Below, one piece after another: positions 45,873 to 56,322 of a DNA stretch of 64,000 nt. Source of the DNA: a plasmid; assembly GCF_054482525.1 (NCBI RefSeq), contig NZ_JBTHVG010000004.1. One strand, 5' to 3'. A program made the position numbers and the translations under genes. Under the pieces are notes generated by a model. The model was not told where the DNA came from, made no database searches, and worked only from the letters and a program-made list of their open reading frames with translations. Each line of letters begins with the position of its first letter. Position 1 is the stretch's first letter.

Positions 45873-47027
45873 TTACAGCGGGGTGCTGCCCGGGTTCAGA
45901 GGGCAAATCATAATGTAGTCAGGGTCGTTAACAGGTAACGCTCCGGGAGATGGGACACGTTCGCCTTTCTGTGCTGCAATGGCCAGTGTACGCAACAAAA
46001 CCTCACTGGCGCGGTGAACTGCTTCCTCTTTCGTTGTGGCAGTGACGTGAAGGTTATCAAAATCACCGATCTCAATACGATGCGCTTTCTGCCCATTTTC
46101 TTCATCGATGGTCGTGATATGGGCAGGATACGGCACAAACCATGCTGCCACTTTTTGTGTCTGCCGCCGGCGGGCATCAAGCTTACTGACCAGTTGCCAT
46201 GCACGAAGATGAGTATACCGTTTCAGCATATTCATGGAACGATGTCCTGATATTGCAGCAATCTCCATTACATTCAGGCTACCCAGTTCGAAGAAGCGGC
46301 TTATTGCTTCATGCCGTAGATCGTGAAAATGCAGGTCCTCGATGCGAAGTCGTTGTGTGGCTATTCTCCAGGCATTTTTAAAGCCGGATGCGGTGTAATC
46401 AAAAACATTGCCGTGGAGATTAACGGGCATCATCTGAAGAAAGTTACGGGCACGTCTGGACAGAGGAACATCCCGTGAGTGACCGTTTTTGGTTTCAGGT
46501 AAATGAGCCACACCGTGGCGCAAATCAATGTGTTCCCAACGTAAGGCCAGTATTTCGCCCTGCCGCATGGCTGTTTCAAGGGCAAGATGGAAAATGACAT
46601 ACAACATCAGATTTTTTTCGCGGAAATAGCGAGAAAGGCGACGTTCTTCTGAAGACGTTAGCCGACGATCTCGTCCGGAGGATACTTTCGGCTTGCGAAC
46701 CAGTTCAACCGGGTTAGTACGACAGGTTCCCCATTCAACACGAGCAATATTGAACAGAGATGACAGAAGGGCGAGTTCAAGACGTACAGTATTACCTGTA
46801 ATGGCTTTACCCGTTCGGGGGTTGATTTCTGCTAAACGAACGTCTCTGTATGTAGCAATATCAACGGTTGTTATTTCGTCCATATTCCGAAGGGCAATGG
46901 GATATCGCTTGATAACATTGCTCCGGTAAAACTCCTGTTGATGCCCTTTCTTGTGAACAGAAACTGTTTTCAGGTACTTATCCAGTGCGCGTGACAGGGA
47001 CATTTTACGGATGCGTGGAGACGGCAT
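45873..47027 (-). CDS. rci: Rci, shufflon-specific tyrosine recombinase (384 aa)
   Basis: Catalytic RHEAISRF...[13 protein letters not shown] tyrosine-recombinase motifs. The ATG at 47027 ([20 protein letters not shown]) gives the canonical 384 aa; the ORF track extends it to 47153. Confidence 0.9.
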   Translation of the reverse strand: MPSPRIRKMSLSRALDKYLKTVSVHKKGHQQEFYRSNVIKRYPIALRNMDEITTVDIATYRDVRLAEINPRTGKAITGNTVRLELALLSSLFNIARVEWGTCRTNPVELVRKPKVSSGRDRRLTSSEERRLSRYFREKNLMLYVIFHLALETAMRQGEILALRWEHIDLRHGVAHLPETKNGHSRDVPLSRRARNFLQMMPVNLHGNVFDYTASGFKNAWRIATQRLRIEDLHFHDLRHEAISRFFELGSLNVMEIAAISGHRSMNMLKRYTHLRAWQLVSKLDARRRQTQKVAAWFVPYPAHITTIDEENGQKAHRIEIGDFDNLHVTATTKEEAVHRASEVLLRTLAIAAQKGERVPSPGALPVNDPDYIMICPLNPGSTPL

Positions 47028-47086
47028 GCTAACCTCAAAAGAGGAAAAAATAATGCCAACAATCATTCTCTGCAAGCGTGCCAATC

Positions 47087-49014
47087 CGGTACCTGGCGTA
47101 AAAGCAATTCTGGTAGTACGGTGATAACTGGTCGTATAGCAAATGGTCAGCAAATACCGCTGCCAACAGGATTTTCTGCCAGTCAGTGCTCATGGAGTGT
47201 GAGCAATGCAGAAAACCCTCAAGGTTGGAAGCCGAATTACTTTGCTGGATCAGTTGCAACTTATGATGCAAATCGAATTGTTAAATGTGGTTTTTATGAT
47301 GAATACAATTTCCATAAAGGGACATTTAGAGCTGATTTAACCGGAAAATGTAGTTATGTCGTCGCGTGTCAGAACTGAGATTAAATTGCTGGCGCTGCTG
47401 GCCTACGTGCCAATCCGGTACCTGGAGAAAGGTAGGATCTGGTGAGCTTCAAATTGCTACAGCACAGGCGACAGGTTGGCGCTTTCCTGGAGCAACAGCT
47501 ACCTGTCCAACTGGAAAACGTGTTACAGGTGGCGGCGGAATATGCACCTCACGAACTGGTTACATATGGCTTACCAGGTCATTCCCATCAGCCAATAACT
47601 CATGGTCGGCTGCGTGCGATACAACCGAAGATCAGAATGGTTCAATAACTGTATATGCCATTTGCCAATAAGCTATTTCAAGCAAGTAATCTTCATAAAG
47701 TAGGACGAATACTGTGTGTAGTTTTTGGCTTGCCAAGTCATCTCGCCGTTAGAGTCAGGCATGTCAATAGGAACGACTTCTGTTTCTGCCATTTCACGCC
47801 CGTCAATACGATAGGTGTTAATACACAGTTTAAACCTCCCTAAGACCTGTGTGTTTTTGGGATATAACGTAAATGTTTTTATATTCGTCCATATCGACGC
47901 TGATGATGATTTCCAGGTACCGGATTGGCACTGGCCTACGTGCCAATCCGGTACCTGGGGCGCTCCTAAAACTCAATTCACAACGCAGACCTACAACATA
48001 GCTAAAAACACTCGTAATTTAAGGCTCGGGGTCCATGCATATTGCTCATGGACTTACCTGAATGGCTCACCCTTTGGTGGTTTTCAACAGGTATATTCCG
48101 ACCAAAACAACGTTTGGTATGTGAGTAATTATGCTTGGGGAAATTATGAGTCTGGTGGGACCATATCAGTCACATGCCTCAATCTTCCTGGTGCTGGAGT
48201 TTAATTAAAGGGGCAACAGTAGGCATCGACATGTTCCTCATCAACACCATCACCAATACCGTACATGCGTGTTCCAGTCATAATGTATCCAGTCGGACAT
48301 TGAATCGGCTTGTAATAGATCGAACCACCACTCTTACCGCCGATAAAGTGATTCATTGCTACGGATGATTTGTACCAATTACATGCTGAGTAATTAATTT
48401 TATTACCCCCTGACCACCGACCGGATTGGCACGTAGGCCAGTGCCAATCCGGTACGTGGAAGACTTCTGGTTCGCTCAATGGTTCTTACACAAACTTAGG
48501 TTCACATAGAGGTTCATTCTCAGGGCGGAATTCAGGGGGCAGTACATTGTTTATTTATGCATCTGGAGGTAATGGAGGATCTGCCGGAGGTGCATGTGCA
48601 AATACATCCCGACTGCAGGGATATGTTGGTGGGACGCTAATTAGCGTGAATGCCAGCAATAACCCTGCATATGGAAAAACAGCCTTTATCAGCTTTGCTG
48701 TACCTGCAGGTACTTCCTATCAGATAACATCCTATCCAACAGAAAATACATCATGTGGTGCCGGGGTATTTTCAGTATTTGGATATCAAACTTAATTGAG
48801 CGTTACACACGACGCAATACAACCTGTCTTATGCTCGTATTTGTACCATTTACGTGAACCTGCTGGGCTCTCAACTACCTGGCAGTAGTGGGCATCCTCT
48901 GCGTTGCCCATTCTGGCAATGGCACAGAAGTCGAATTGCCCCAGATAACCTGTGGTGGAAAGCTGAGTAACTTTGAGTTTTCCACCTATTGTCCTCCACG
49001 TACCGGATTGGCAC
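47087..49014. other. shufflon: multiple-inversion segment bounded and interrupted by seven 19-bp sfx repeats (GTGCCAATCCGGTNNNTGG)
   Basis: sfx copies in direct orientation at 47087, 47407, 47940 and 48441, and in inverted orientation at about 47913, 48414 and 48996. The ORF fragments between them (47121..47378, 47366..47671, 47815..48204, 48201..48479 on the minus strand, 48547..48795) are alternative PilV C-termini. Confidence 0.85.
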
Positions 49015-50096
49015 GAAAGTATTGCCCCTGTATTATCGCGGCCTACAAGGCCGTTAGGCGAACATGATGCGCCAGCAACGGCAGTTCTTTCCAGTTGTAA
49101 GTATTCACCAGTATAAAGGCGACCATCAGCACGAACAGTACCGCCTTTCACCTGACCGCCGGTATAGATGCCCTTGTTGTTTACACTTCGAACCCATGAT
49201 CCGTCGGACATATAAAATCCGCCACCGTGAGTTTCATTGAGCCAGCCTTTGCTGTTACGAGTAATTAACCAACCATTATTACTTCTGATATCACCGCCAG
49301 CGGTGACATTTACGTCAAAGTTTCCGCTATTGCCTTTTACCTGACCGCTGAAAGTGCCATTTACACCATTCACATTGCCGCTGAAATTACCAGTCTGGGC
49401 ATTTACTGCCCCAATGTTATTCAGGTTATTTGATCCCATATCAATGGCCGTGTGCATTTTGTTTAAGTCAGGGCGACCATTGACCTGGAATCTGTAAAGA
49501 CGATCAGTGTCCTCTGCTGCACCACTAAGTTCATCTGTCGATAACAGTACGGCAATATGCCCGTTACCGCTTTTGGCACCATAATTACTTAAAGCTACTG
49601 ACCAGGAACGTAATGCACCTGTGGCTGTTTTGCCGTCCTGGATATATCCACCAAGACCAGTGGTAATATCCTTAGCCATCTGGATAAGTGCTTTCACTGG
49701 ATAAGGGGTGCCACCACTGGATACAACCATTGCCTGTAGTAATTCCGGGTTTTGGGTGTTTCGAACTACATATGCCTGTAACCGCTGCCCCTCGCTGTTT
49801 GTCTCAGTAAAGCCGCTGGACAAAAAGCCGGTATTTTTCAGCATGGTTGTCGTGATAACGGCAGGGGTTGTTGTGGTACTACTGGCCTGGAGAGTTGTGT
49901 AGTTTTTCCCTATATAAGAGCGGGCTGCACTGGCCCAGTTGCTGACAAGACGAGCTTCAGCCTGCCAACCTTTGGTTTTTAAATAGTCCTGCCATATGCC
50001 TGCACCCCAGGCAACTATGATCATAACAATCAATAAAGCCGCGCCAATTTCCAGCGATGCCCAGCCTCGGTCATATTTTTTCATCAGATTACCCAT
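48792..50096 (-). CDS. pilV: PilV, thin-pilus tip adhesin (type IV prepilin-like). The constant region is 49014..50096 and is fused in this isomer to the shufflon segment at 48792..49014.
   Basis: Prepilin leader and N-terminal hydrophobic segment ([29 protein letters not shown]). The reading frame crosses the sfx repeat at about 49000. Confidence 0.85.
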   Translation of the reverse strand: MGNLMKKYDRGWASLEIGAALLIVMIIVAWGAGIWQDYLKTKGWQAEARLVSNWASAARSYIGKNYTTLQASSTTTTPAVITTTMLKNTGFLSSGFTETNSEGQRLQAYVVRNTQNPELLQAMVVSSGGTPYPVKALIQMAKDITTGLGGYIQDGKTATGALRSWSVALSNYGAKSGNGHIAVLLSTDELSGAAEDTDRLYRFQVNGRPDLNKMHTAIDMGSNNLNNIGAVNAQTGNFSGNVNGVNGTFSGQVKGNSGNFDVNVTAGGDIRSNNGWLITRNSKGWLNETHGGGFYMSDGSWVRSVNNKGIYTGGQVKGGTVRADGRLYTGEYLQLERTAVAGASCSPNGLVGRDNTGAILSCQSGTWRTIGGKLKVTQLSTTGYLGQFDFCAIARMGNAEDAHYCQVVESPAGSRKWYKYEHKTGCIASCVTLN

Positions 50097-50767
50097 AGTG
50101 GTTGATAAAGATTATCCAGTAGCAAAAGGACATGGCCAAGACACAGCCATGGACCCAGTGGGCCTTCTTTATGTCCTTTTATGCACCATGTTGAATGCCA
50201 TAAGACAAATCCTCCTGCGCCCAGCAACACACTCCATATGGCGTTATATAGCCCTGACCATGCGGTAATACCTGCAATAAGCCACAGGTCTCCTGTGCCA
50301 ATATTAAGACGATGGCGGTTAACCAGTTTATGCAGACAGAATAAGACAATTGCGGCAGAGACAATTTCTGTTGCACGGAGCCACCATATATCAGTTGTGA
50401 TTTGTGATAATATTCCAGCGATTAAAAAACGCCTGGTGAATGTACCCGGTAAGAGGCCTGTTAGTGCATCCGTTACTGCCATTTGCAGCATGAACGAAAG
50501 AATAAGAACAGCATGAATACGGTAGATAAGTGGGGATGACGATAAAATAATTAATGCCACAGCTATACTATATAGCCATATTCCTGACAGAACTGCAGTG
50601 TGTGTCTTATACCAGAGATGTTCTGTATCAGATAAAAAATAACGAACTCTGAATAACAGAGTTCGTCCAATAATGGAAAATATGAACATCAATGGGAGGA
50701 TATAAACAGGGGAGAGACTTATGCCTACGATTGTCTGCATTGTCTGCCTCCCTGCCCGGGAAGGCAT
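50084..50767 (-). CDS. pilU: PilU prepilin peptidase (227 aa)
   Basis: Polytopic membrane protein with A24 peptidase-like architecture; position matches R64. Confidence 0.75.
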   Translation of the reverse strand: MPSRAGRQTMQTIVGISLSPVYILPLMFIFSIIGRTLLFRVRYFLSDTEHLWYKTHTAVLSGIWLYSIAVALIILSSSPLIYRIHAVLILSFMLQMAVTDALTGLLPGTFTRRFLIAGILSQITTDIWWLRATEIVSAAIVLFCLHKLVNRHRLNIGTGDLWLIAGITAWSGLYNAIWSVLLGAGGFVLWHSTWCIKGHKEGPLGPWLCLGHVLLLLDNLYQPLWVI

Positions 50768-51285
50768 ATCCCTTTCATGTCACGATAAATTCTCCATACT
50801 TTATTAGCATATTGCTCTCTTGTTTCATGTCTGTCCTTACGGAATCCGGCATTGTATGACCCAAGGCAATTCCAGCTGACGCCACATATCTGAAAATGTC
50901 TTGCCAGTATCCAGCTTCCTATATGGATATTAAGACATGGTTTGGTAATTAAATCCTCAGACTTTTTGATTACGCCCATCTTTATAAGCTTTGGAATATG
51001 GGTTGAGTTTATTTGCATCAACCCATAATCCGTACTACTGGCTTTGCCTGTTTTTCTGTCCTTATTTATGTTAATTGCGCCCGGCTTCAATGAAGATTCC
51101 CCGGCAGAAATGGCCTTCAACAATAATGGTTCAATTTGATAGCGTGCGCCGGCGGCGGCAAAGCAATTGTCCCACTTGTTAGTCCAGATTTGTTTGGGGG
51201 CGATGTATGAAGCTCGGGCGGGATAAATAAGAGAACAAAGCAGGATTAATGAAATAAGTCTGAGGGGCACTTTACCCCCGGACAT
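50725..51285 (-). CDS. pilT: PilT lytic transglycosylase (186 aa)
   Basis: SLT-domain motifs (ES...GLMQIN). Confidence 0.8.
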   Translation of the reverse strand: MSGGKVPLRLISLILLCSLIYPARASYIAPKQIWTNKWDNCFAAAGARYQIEPLLLKAISAGESSLKPGAININKDRKTGKASSTDYGLMQINSTHIPKLIKMGVIKKSEDLITKPCLNIHIGSWILARHFQICGVSWNCLGSYNAGFRKDRHETREQYANKVWRIYRDMKGICLPGQGGRQCRQS

Positions 51286-51294
51286 TAAAACTCC

Positions 51295-51909
51295 TTAGCC
51301 ATTGATGGTGAAGATTAGTTTGTTTGTACCGGTGCTGCCATTATCAGCTGTGCATTGCGCACTGGCTTCTTCAGTAGTGACTTTTCCATCACTGTGAGCC
51401 GTACTGTTCAGGGTAATACCGTTAGTTAAACCAGTACGACTGATTTGTGTGGCAATCTGGATACAGGCATCCTGTGGGACTTTTTCATAGGTGACGGTAA
51501 AACCATTGTTGAAACCTGATGTTGAAGCCGGAGCAACAGTTACGGCACCGCCCCATGAGTTATAGAGCGTTGCTGTACCTGATGATGGAGTACCACGCAC
51601 TGTCATGGTCTTGGGTACGCCACCCATCTGAATGAGAGCACCCGTCATTTTGGCTCCACTGGTAAACGTATATCCATCGCTACCTTTTAGCAGCCCCTGA
51701 GTACTTGTGATGATTGTCTGTATGTTCGAACTTTCATTTGCCACACCGGTTCGTGAACGCAACATATACAATCCACCAAAAACAAGGGCAAGTACGATAA
51801 TTACAACAAGTGCTATTGCACCCTGTTCCATAATACCCCAGCCTTTGTCATGAGACGTTTCTTTCTCATTTTTCTTCAGAACGTTAGCATTAATATTTTG
51901 AATTAACAT
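51295..51909 (-). CDS. pilS: PilS, type IVB major prepilin (204 aa)
   Basis: Long leader followed by the hydrophobic N-terminal helix (GWGIMEQGAIALVVIIVLALVFGG). Confidence 0.75.
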   Translation of the reverse strand: MLIQNINANVLKKNEKETSHDKGWGIMEQGAIALVVIIVLALVFGGLYMLRSRTGVANESSNIQTIITSTQGLLKGSDGYTFTSGAKMTGALIQMGGVPKTMTVRGTPSSGTATLYNSWGGAVTVAPASTSGFNNGFTVTYEKVPQDACIQIATQISRTGLTNGITLNSTAHSDGKVTTEEASAQCTADNGSTGTNKLIFTING

Positions 51910-51925
51910 AAATACCTCGTTTTAT

Positions 51926-53011
51926 TTAAATACTACCCATACTGTTGTCGCCAATAGACTGAATGTCTACAACGGCCATGACCAGTAACAGGAGTGACAT
52001 GACAAGAAATATCAGCATAATTAAACGCACAACAGCTGCTCGTTTTTTTACACGCTCCAGCGTTTGTACAAGCCACCGTTGGCCATAATTGCCGATTAGC
52101 TCCGTTGCACCATCTCCCTGTAATAAAGACAGAAAGTTGGCAGACTCCCTGGAAGGGAAATGATAACCGCACTGTCGTAAAGCCAGCCCAAGGTGATCCC
52201 CCTGGCGGACGCGGTAAATAATGCTGTCAAGGCGTGTACTTAACCATGGTGATGCAAATTCCTGAAGAACGTTCAGTGAGTTGAGCGTTGTCATTTTGGC
52301 TTTCAGAAGTGCAGCCATATTCAGGAGGAATGCTGCCCCCTGTATATCCTTATAAATACTCCATGGCATTATATTGTCAGCCAAAGAGCGGCTTTTCCAG
52401 TTTTTCAGAGACCATGATATTACACCTGTGACCACTGCAAAAAGAACGGCACATATAGCGCCGTAATTATCGACAAACAAAGATAATCCATAGAGAAAAC
52501 CAAGAGCACCACTCCATGAATCAGGGGAGCTTATTTTGCTCAGTACAGGTATTAGCTCTGTATTAAGAACATATAATGTCCCCGTCATCATGATTAACAA
52601 TCCCACCGGGTAAATAGCCATTTGCCATATGGCCTGATGGAGTTGCTTTTTGGCATCTGTAAGCGTGGTGGCAAATTGTAATGCATCCACAATGGAACCA
52701 CTTCTTATTCCGGCACTGATTACTGCAGCCTCTTCCTGGGGAACCCATAAACCAAGAGTATATTCCAGAGAGTTTTCGCCACTGTTTTCACGAAGAGACT
52801 CAATACAGTCTGTGGCCAGTTCAGCAAAGGGGTGCCATTTTCGTCCAAAGTCTGTCCAGGCATCCCGCATCTGTTCCAGTGCGGTCTTTAATGGCTGTTT
52901 ATTTTCCAGCAGAAAACGCAGAGCTTCGTAAAACTGCACCCTGTAGGGGGCGCTGAACGTTTTTCTGACAATGAAACGTCTCAGCCGTTGACTGAAATTC
53001 ATTTCACGCAT
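51926..53011 (-). CDS. pilR: PilR, GspF/PilC-family inner-membrane platform protein (361 aa)
   Basis: Size and topology match; position matches R64. Confidence 0.8.
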   Translation of the reverse strand: MREMNFSQRLRRFIVRKTFSAPYRVQFYEALRFLLENKQPLKTALEQMRDAWTDFGRKWHPFAELATDCIESLRENSGENSLEYTLGLWVPQEEAAVISAGIRSGSIVDALQFATTLTDAKKQLHQAIWQMAIYPVGLLIMMTGTLYVLNTELIPVLSKISSPDSWSGALGFLYGLSLFVDNYGAICAVLFAVVTGVISWSLKNWKSRSLADNIMPWSIYKDIQGAAFLLNMAALLKAKMTTLNSLNVLQEFASPWLSTRLDSIIYRVRQGDHLGLALRQCGYHFPSRESANFLSLLQGDGATELIGNYGQRWLVQTLERVKKRAAVVRLIMLIFLVMSLLLLVMAVVDIQSIGDNSMGSI

Positions 53012-53023
53012 GTTGTTCTCCTG

Positions 53024-54577
53024 TTAGGCATCATCGATGCTGAGGCGTTCGTCTTCGTCCAGAGGGATGATTCTGTCGGCTTCAAGAGGGTCCACCAGGC
53101 CTTCATTGATACGGCGAAGCAGATGCTCCACACGACTGATGCCATGCATGTTTTCAAGCCAGTATTTACGTGCTGCAACTTTGCCGCGTGTTTTCAGAAT
53201 CTGAAATAAGCGATTATCAGGTTCTATCACTTCAGCAATTACGGTCCTGCCGGTGAGGCCTTTACCTATTTCACCGCGCTTTCTGCCGTTAATAATTACG
53301 TCGTGATTACAGTCGGAGCATCCGTGAGGATTTCGGAACCAGATATTATCTGTACTGCAGAGTGAATCTTTATTGCAGTGCCGCTCAAGGTAAGCGCGGT
53401 CGTCTTCGCTAAGTTCAGGTACTCGCTTTTCCCATGGAATACGGCAGGAGGGACACAGCGTTGGTACAAGGCGCTGGCTTATCATCCCAATCAGTAATTG
53501 CGCATCACAAATAAGATCGGCATTCATACCCATCGTAATCATTCGCTCCGGTATACCCAGAGCTGAGTTTGTATGTAATGTCGTCAGAACGATGTGACCG
53601 GTCTGAGCCGCGTAGGTGGTTGACATCATCGAGACAAGATCGCGCATTTCCCCTTCCATGATGGCATCGGGGTCAAGTCGCATTGCCGATGAAATAGCAC
53701 GACTCCATGCCAGTTTGACGGCCTCTTCGTCGGATTTGTCACAGATAATCGGGGTTTGTGTTGCCCCCAGTATCTGTCCTTCCAGCGGATCTTCGATCGT
53801 CAGCAGGTGTCGCCCCTGATTATCGTCAAGATATACACGGCAGGCACTGCGTAACGTTGTTGATTTACCCGAACCTGTTGGACCAGACAGAACAATTTTC
53901 CCTTCCGGGCGGCGCAGCATGACGTTCAGCAACCGGATTTGCTCCGGTATAAAGCCCAGTTGCTTAAACGTGGGAACTTTGTCTCCGTCATCGGGTATCA
54001 GGCGCATAACCGCAATCAGACCATCTCCCGTAGGTCTGTGACTGTATCGTGCACCAAATATTCCTATTTTTCGCATTAATTGTGGGGACAGGCGCGCATC
54101 CTGTTCCCTTTGAGGGAAGAAACTGGTTTCAGTGACATCAGCCATTGACAGAATGGCTGTTGCGCAAAGTGAATAACCCAATGCAGGTTGATCTTCATCT
54201 ACAGTCTGCAGTTCACCGAATATTCTCATGCGAACTTTGAAAATAGACTCTGAAATTAAAAAATGAATATCCGAAGCACCAAGTTTTCTGGCCGTTTCAA
54301 AATAGGAGAGAACTTTCTTCTCACTTTCACTGACATCTGCAAGATCTTTCAGATGAATAATCCGTTCTTTCGGACCTTTATTTTCATCATCCTGACCGGC
54401 TTCCTGTAACTCAGACAGCGAGACTACTTTTGGGGTGATGTCAGGGTATAACTTTAGCAGTTCCTGGAGATTACTCTGTACGTCAGGTCTTGTTCGCTGA
54501 TTTGTTTCGATGAGAATTTCATGGGTGTCTCCCCGGGATATAAAAAGGAGAGCATCCTTCAGATTATATTTGTCCAT
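53024..54577 (-). CDS. pilQ: PilQ, GspE/PilB-family pilus assembly ATPase (517 aa)
   Basis: Walker A GPTGSGKST and a tetracysteine cluster; size identical to R64 PilQ. Confidence 0.9.
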   Translation of the reverse strand: MDKYNLKDALLFISRGDTHEILIETNQRTRPDVQSNLQELLKLYPDITPKVVSLSELQEAGQDDENKGPKERIIHLKDLADVSESEKKVLSYFETARKLGASDIHFLISESIFKVRMRIFGELQTVDEDQPALGYSLCATAILSMADVTETSFFPQREQDARLSPQLMRKIGIFGARYSHRPTGDGLIAVMRLIPDDGDKVPTFKQLGFIPEQIRLLNVMLRRPEGKIVLSGPTGSGKSTTLRSACRVYLDDNQGRHLLTIEDPLEGQILGATQTPIICDKSDEEAVKLAWSRAISSAMRLDPDAIMEGEMRDLVSMMSTTYAAQTGHIVLTTLHTNSALGIPERMITMGMNADLICDAQLLIGMISQRLVPTLCPSCRIPWEKRVPELSEDDRAYLERHCNKDSLCSTDNIWFRNPHGCSDCNHDVIINGRKRGEIGKGLTGRTVIAEVIEPDNRLFQILKTRGKVAARKYWLENMHGISRVEHLLRRINEGLVDPLEADRIIPLDEDERLSIDDA

Positions 54578-54587
54578 ATCACATCAC

Positions 54588-55040
54588 TCAGAAAGTAAGG
54601 GTGGTGCCATCACTTAACGTGACGCCAGACAATGAGATCGACTTCACCGTGACGGATGTACCCGGAAGCTGGCTACCAGTGGTGACGCTTGTCTGACGTC
54701 CATCAGCCATGCGAAGAACGGCATGAAGACGTTTATCTTTGCCGTTTATTTCCATAATAACGGGCAATTCCTTTCTGTTTTTAGATGTCGGCTGCTCTGA
54801 AACTGATGGCAAGGAGGCAGTCACACCAGAGAAACCTGAAACAGTTTCTGATGACAGATTAACATCTGATTCTTCGAGTTGTTTCTGTAGCTGTGCGCCC
54901 TGAACTTTTGCCTGTAAAAGAATATTCCGGTTTTGTTGTGCTTCAAGTTCTCCTATTGTGACAAGAGGTTGTGTTGTTGCAAATGAAAAACCAGAGAAGA
55001 AAAATATGGATGGAATAATGAGTAATTTACCTGGACGCAT
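54588..55040 (-). CDS. pilP: PilP (150 aa)
   Basis: Size identical to R64 PilP; signal peptide. Confidence 0.65.
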   Translation of the reverse strand: MRPGKLLIIPSIFFFSGFSFATTQPLVTIGELEAQQNRNILLQAKVQGAQLQKQLEESDVNLSSETVSGFSGVTASLPSVSEQPTSKNRKELPVIMEINGKDKRLHAVLRMADGRQTSVTTGSQLPGTSVTVKSISLSGVTLSDGTTLTF

Positions 55041-56322
55041 ATATATGACCTTCTGAGGAATAACTGAAAGTACCGCCGTTTAATTCAAAATGGATATTGC
55101 TCAGACGAACGCCGGTATCCTGAAATAAAGGGAACAACTCATCAGGATTTACAGGCGTTGATAAACTGAACTGATATTCTTTCCATTTCTGAACAGGGGC
55201 TGGTTCACCATCGTTACCTGGTAATGGTTCCTGTATGGCTATTTCATTAATGGCCGGCGTTAACTGTTTTTTCTGAAACCACGTGAACACCCGCATCAGT
55301 TGTTCTGAGGGGGCAGGGACTGCCTCATCCCTGCGGGGCAGGGAAGGCAGTGGCCGGGTTACAGAAGCCAGGCGTGCACCATCTTTAAGGTTAAAGTCAG
55401 GAATAACATTAAAGATTTCTTTGCTTCTTGCCAGAAAGCCTTCAATAGTTCCTCCTGGCTGTCGTTCGTAAATCAGTGTGAATGTCTCGGGAGTACATGT
55501 TCCACCGGTAAGTTTCCAGCCTTCTAGCGCGACCGGTGATGGTTTTCGAAGGTCCGCGCAGGCTTTCAGAAAATCACTGATTACAGGTTGTGACGCCCAT
55601 GGATGCGGGAGCTCCGGTGGTGGTTCGGGCTTTTTAAACTGTAATCTTGCCCGTGCAGCTATCTCCTCGGCGGTCGGTCCTACATCAGGCTCTGGCTGAG
55701 TCATCCAGAATACTGTGCCTGCGCCGGCTGCTACTAAAAACAGTACGGCAGGAAGTGTGAATTTGCTGCGATTGCCGACAGTAAGTTTGCAACGGCGGAG
55801 GTCTGCTGATGATAACCGGGTAATAATACTTTCCCAGTTATCAGGATGTTCCAGAGACGATACAACCTGCCATTTTTCGGGGGGCTCTTCGTTCATCGCC
55901 AGAAAAAGGCTGACCTTTTGGGCAACGTCGGCATCATTTCCTGATAAGTCAGCCATAACGGCAGGCTGGCCATTAATGGAAGCAAGGAATAAGAGCTCCT
56001 TATCGCTGTACCGGAAGACACCGTATCCATTTCTGACCCATGAGCAGAAAGCCAGTGCCAGGGAAAAATAATGATTGCGTTCTGGCCTGGTCAGTATTCC
56101 TGTGCCGGTAAGGCGGCTGATCTCTCCACGGGAATTTCTGCTGCCTACAGTCACTTTCAGGGAGGTAAGCCGTCTGGGTTTTACATGAGACTTGTGTTTA
56201 TGATGTGAGGGGACGCGCTGTTTTTTTACGACAGGAGTCCATTTAAGACAGGCAGCCCACACGCGATGATTTACTTTAGGATCTGCGAGAAGCACTACCG
56301 GGTTGATATCTTCATCAGCCAT
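55027..56322 (-). CDS. pilO: PilO (431 aa)
   Basis: Size identical to R64 PilO. Confidence 0.7.
   Translation of the reverse strand: MADEDINPVVLLADPKVNHRVWAACLKWTPVVKKQRVPSHHKHKSHVKPRRLTSLKVTVGSRNSRGEISRLTGTGILTRPERNHYFSLALAFCSWVRNGYGVFRYSDKELLFLASINGQPAVMADLSGNDADVAQKVSLFLAMNEEPPEKWQVVSSLEHPDNWESIITRLSSADLRRCKLTVGNRSKFTLPAVLFLVAAGAGTVFWMTQPEPDVGPTAEEIAARARLQFKKPEPPPELPHPWASQPVISDFLKACADLRKPSPVALEGWKLTGGTCTPETFTLIYERQPGGTIEGFLARSKEIFNVIPDFNLKDGARLASVTRPLPSLPRRDEAVPAPSEQLMRVFTWFQKKQLTPAINEIAIQEPLPGNDGEPAPVQKWKEYQFSLSTPVNPDELFPLFQDTGVRLSNIHFELNGGTFSYSSEGHIYASR

Noticed and set aside
47087-49014. Repeated 19-bp elements with unique spacers that could be mistaken for a CRISPR array
   Set aside because: The repeats occur in both orientations, are adjacent to the rci tyrosine recombinase and flank pilV C-terminal coding segments. 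This is the IncI1 shufflon, not a CRISPR array, and no cas genes are present.
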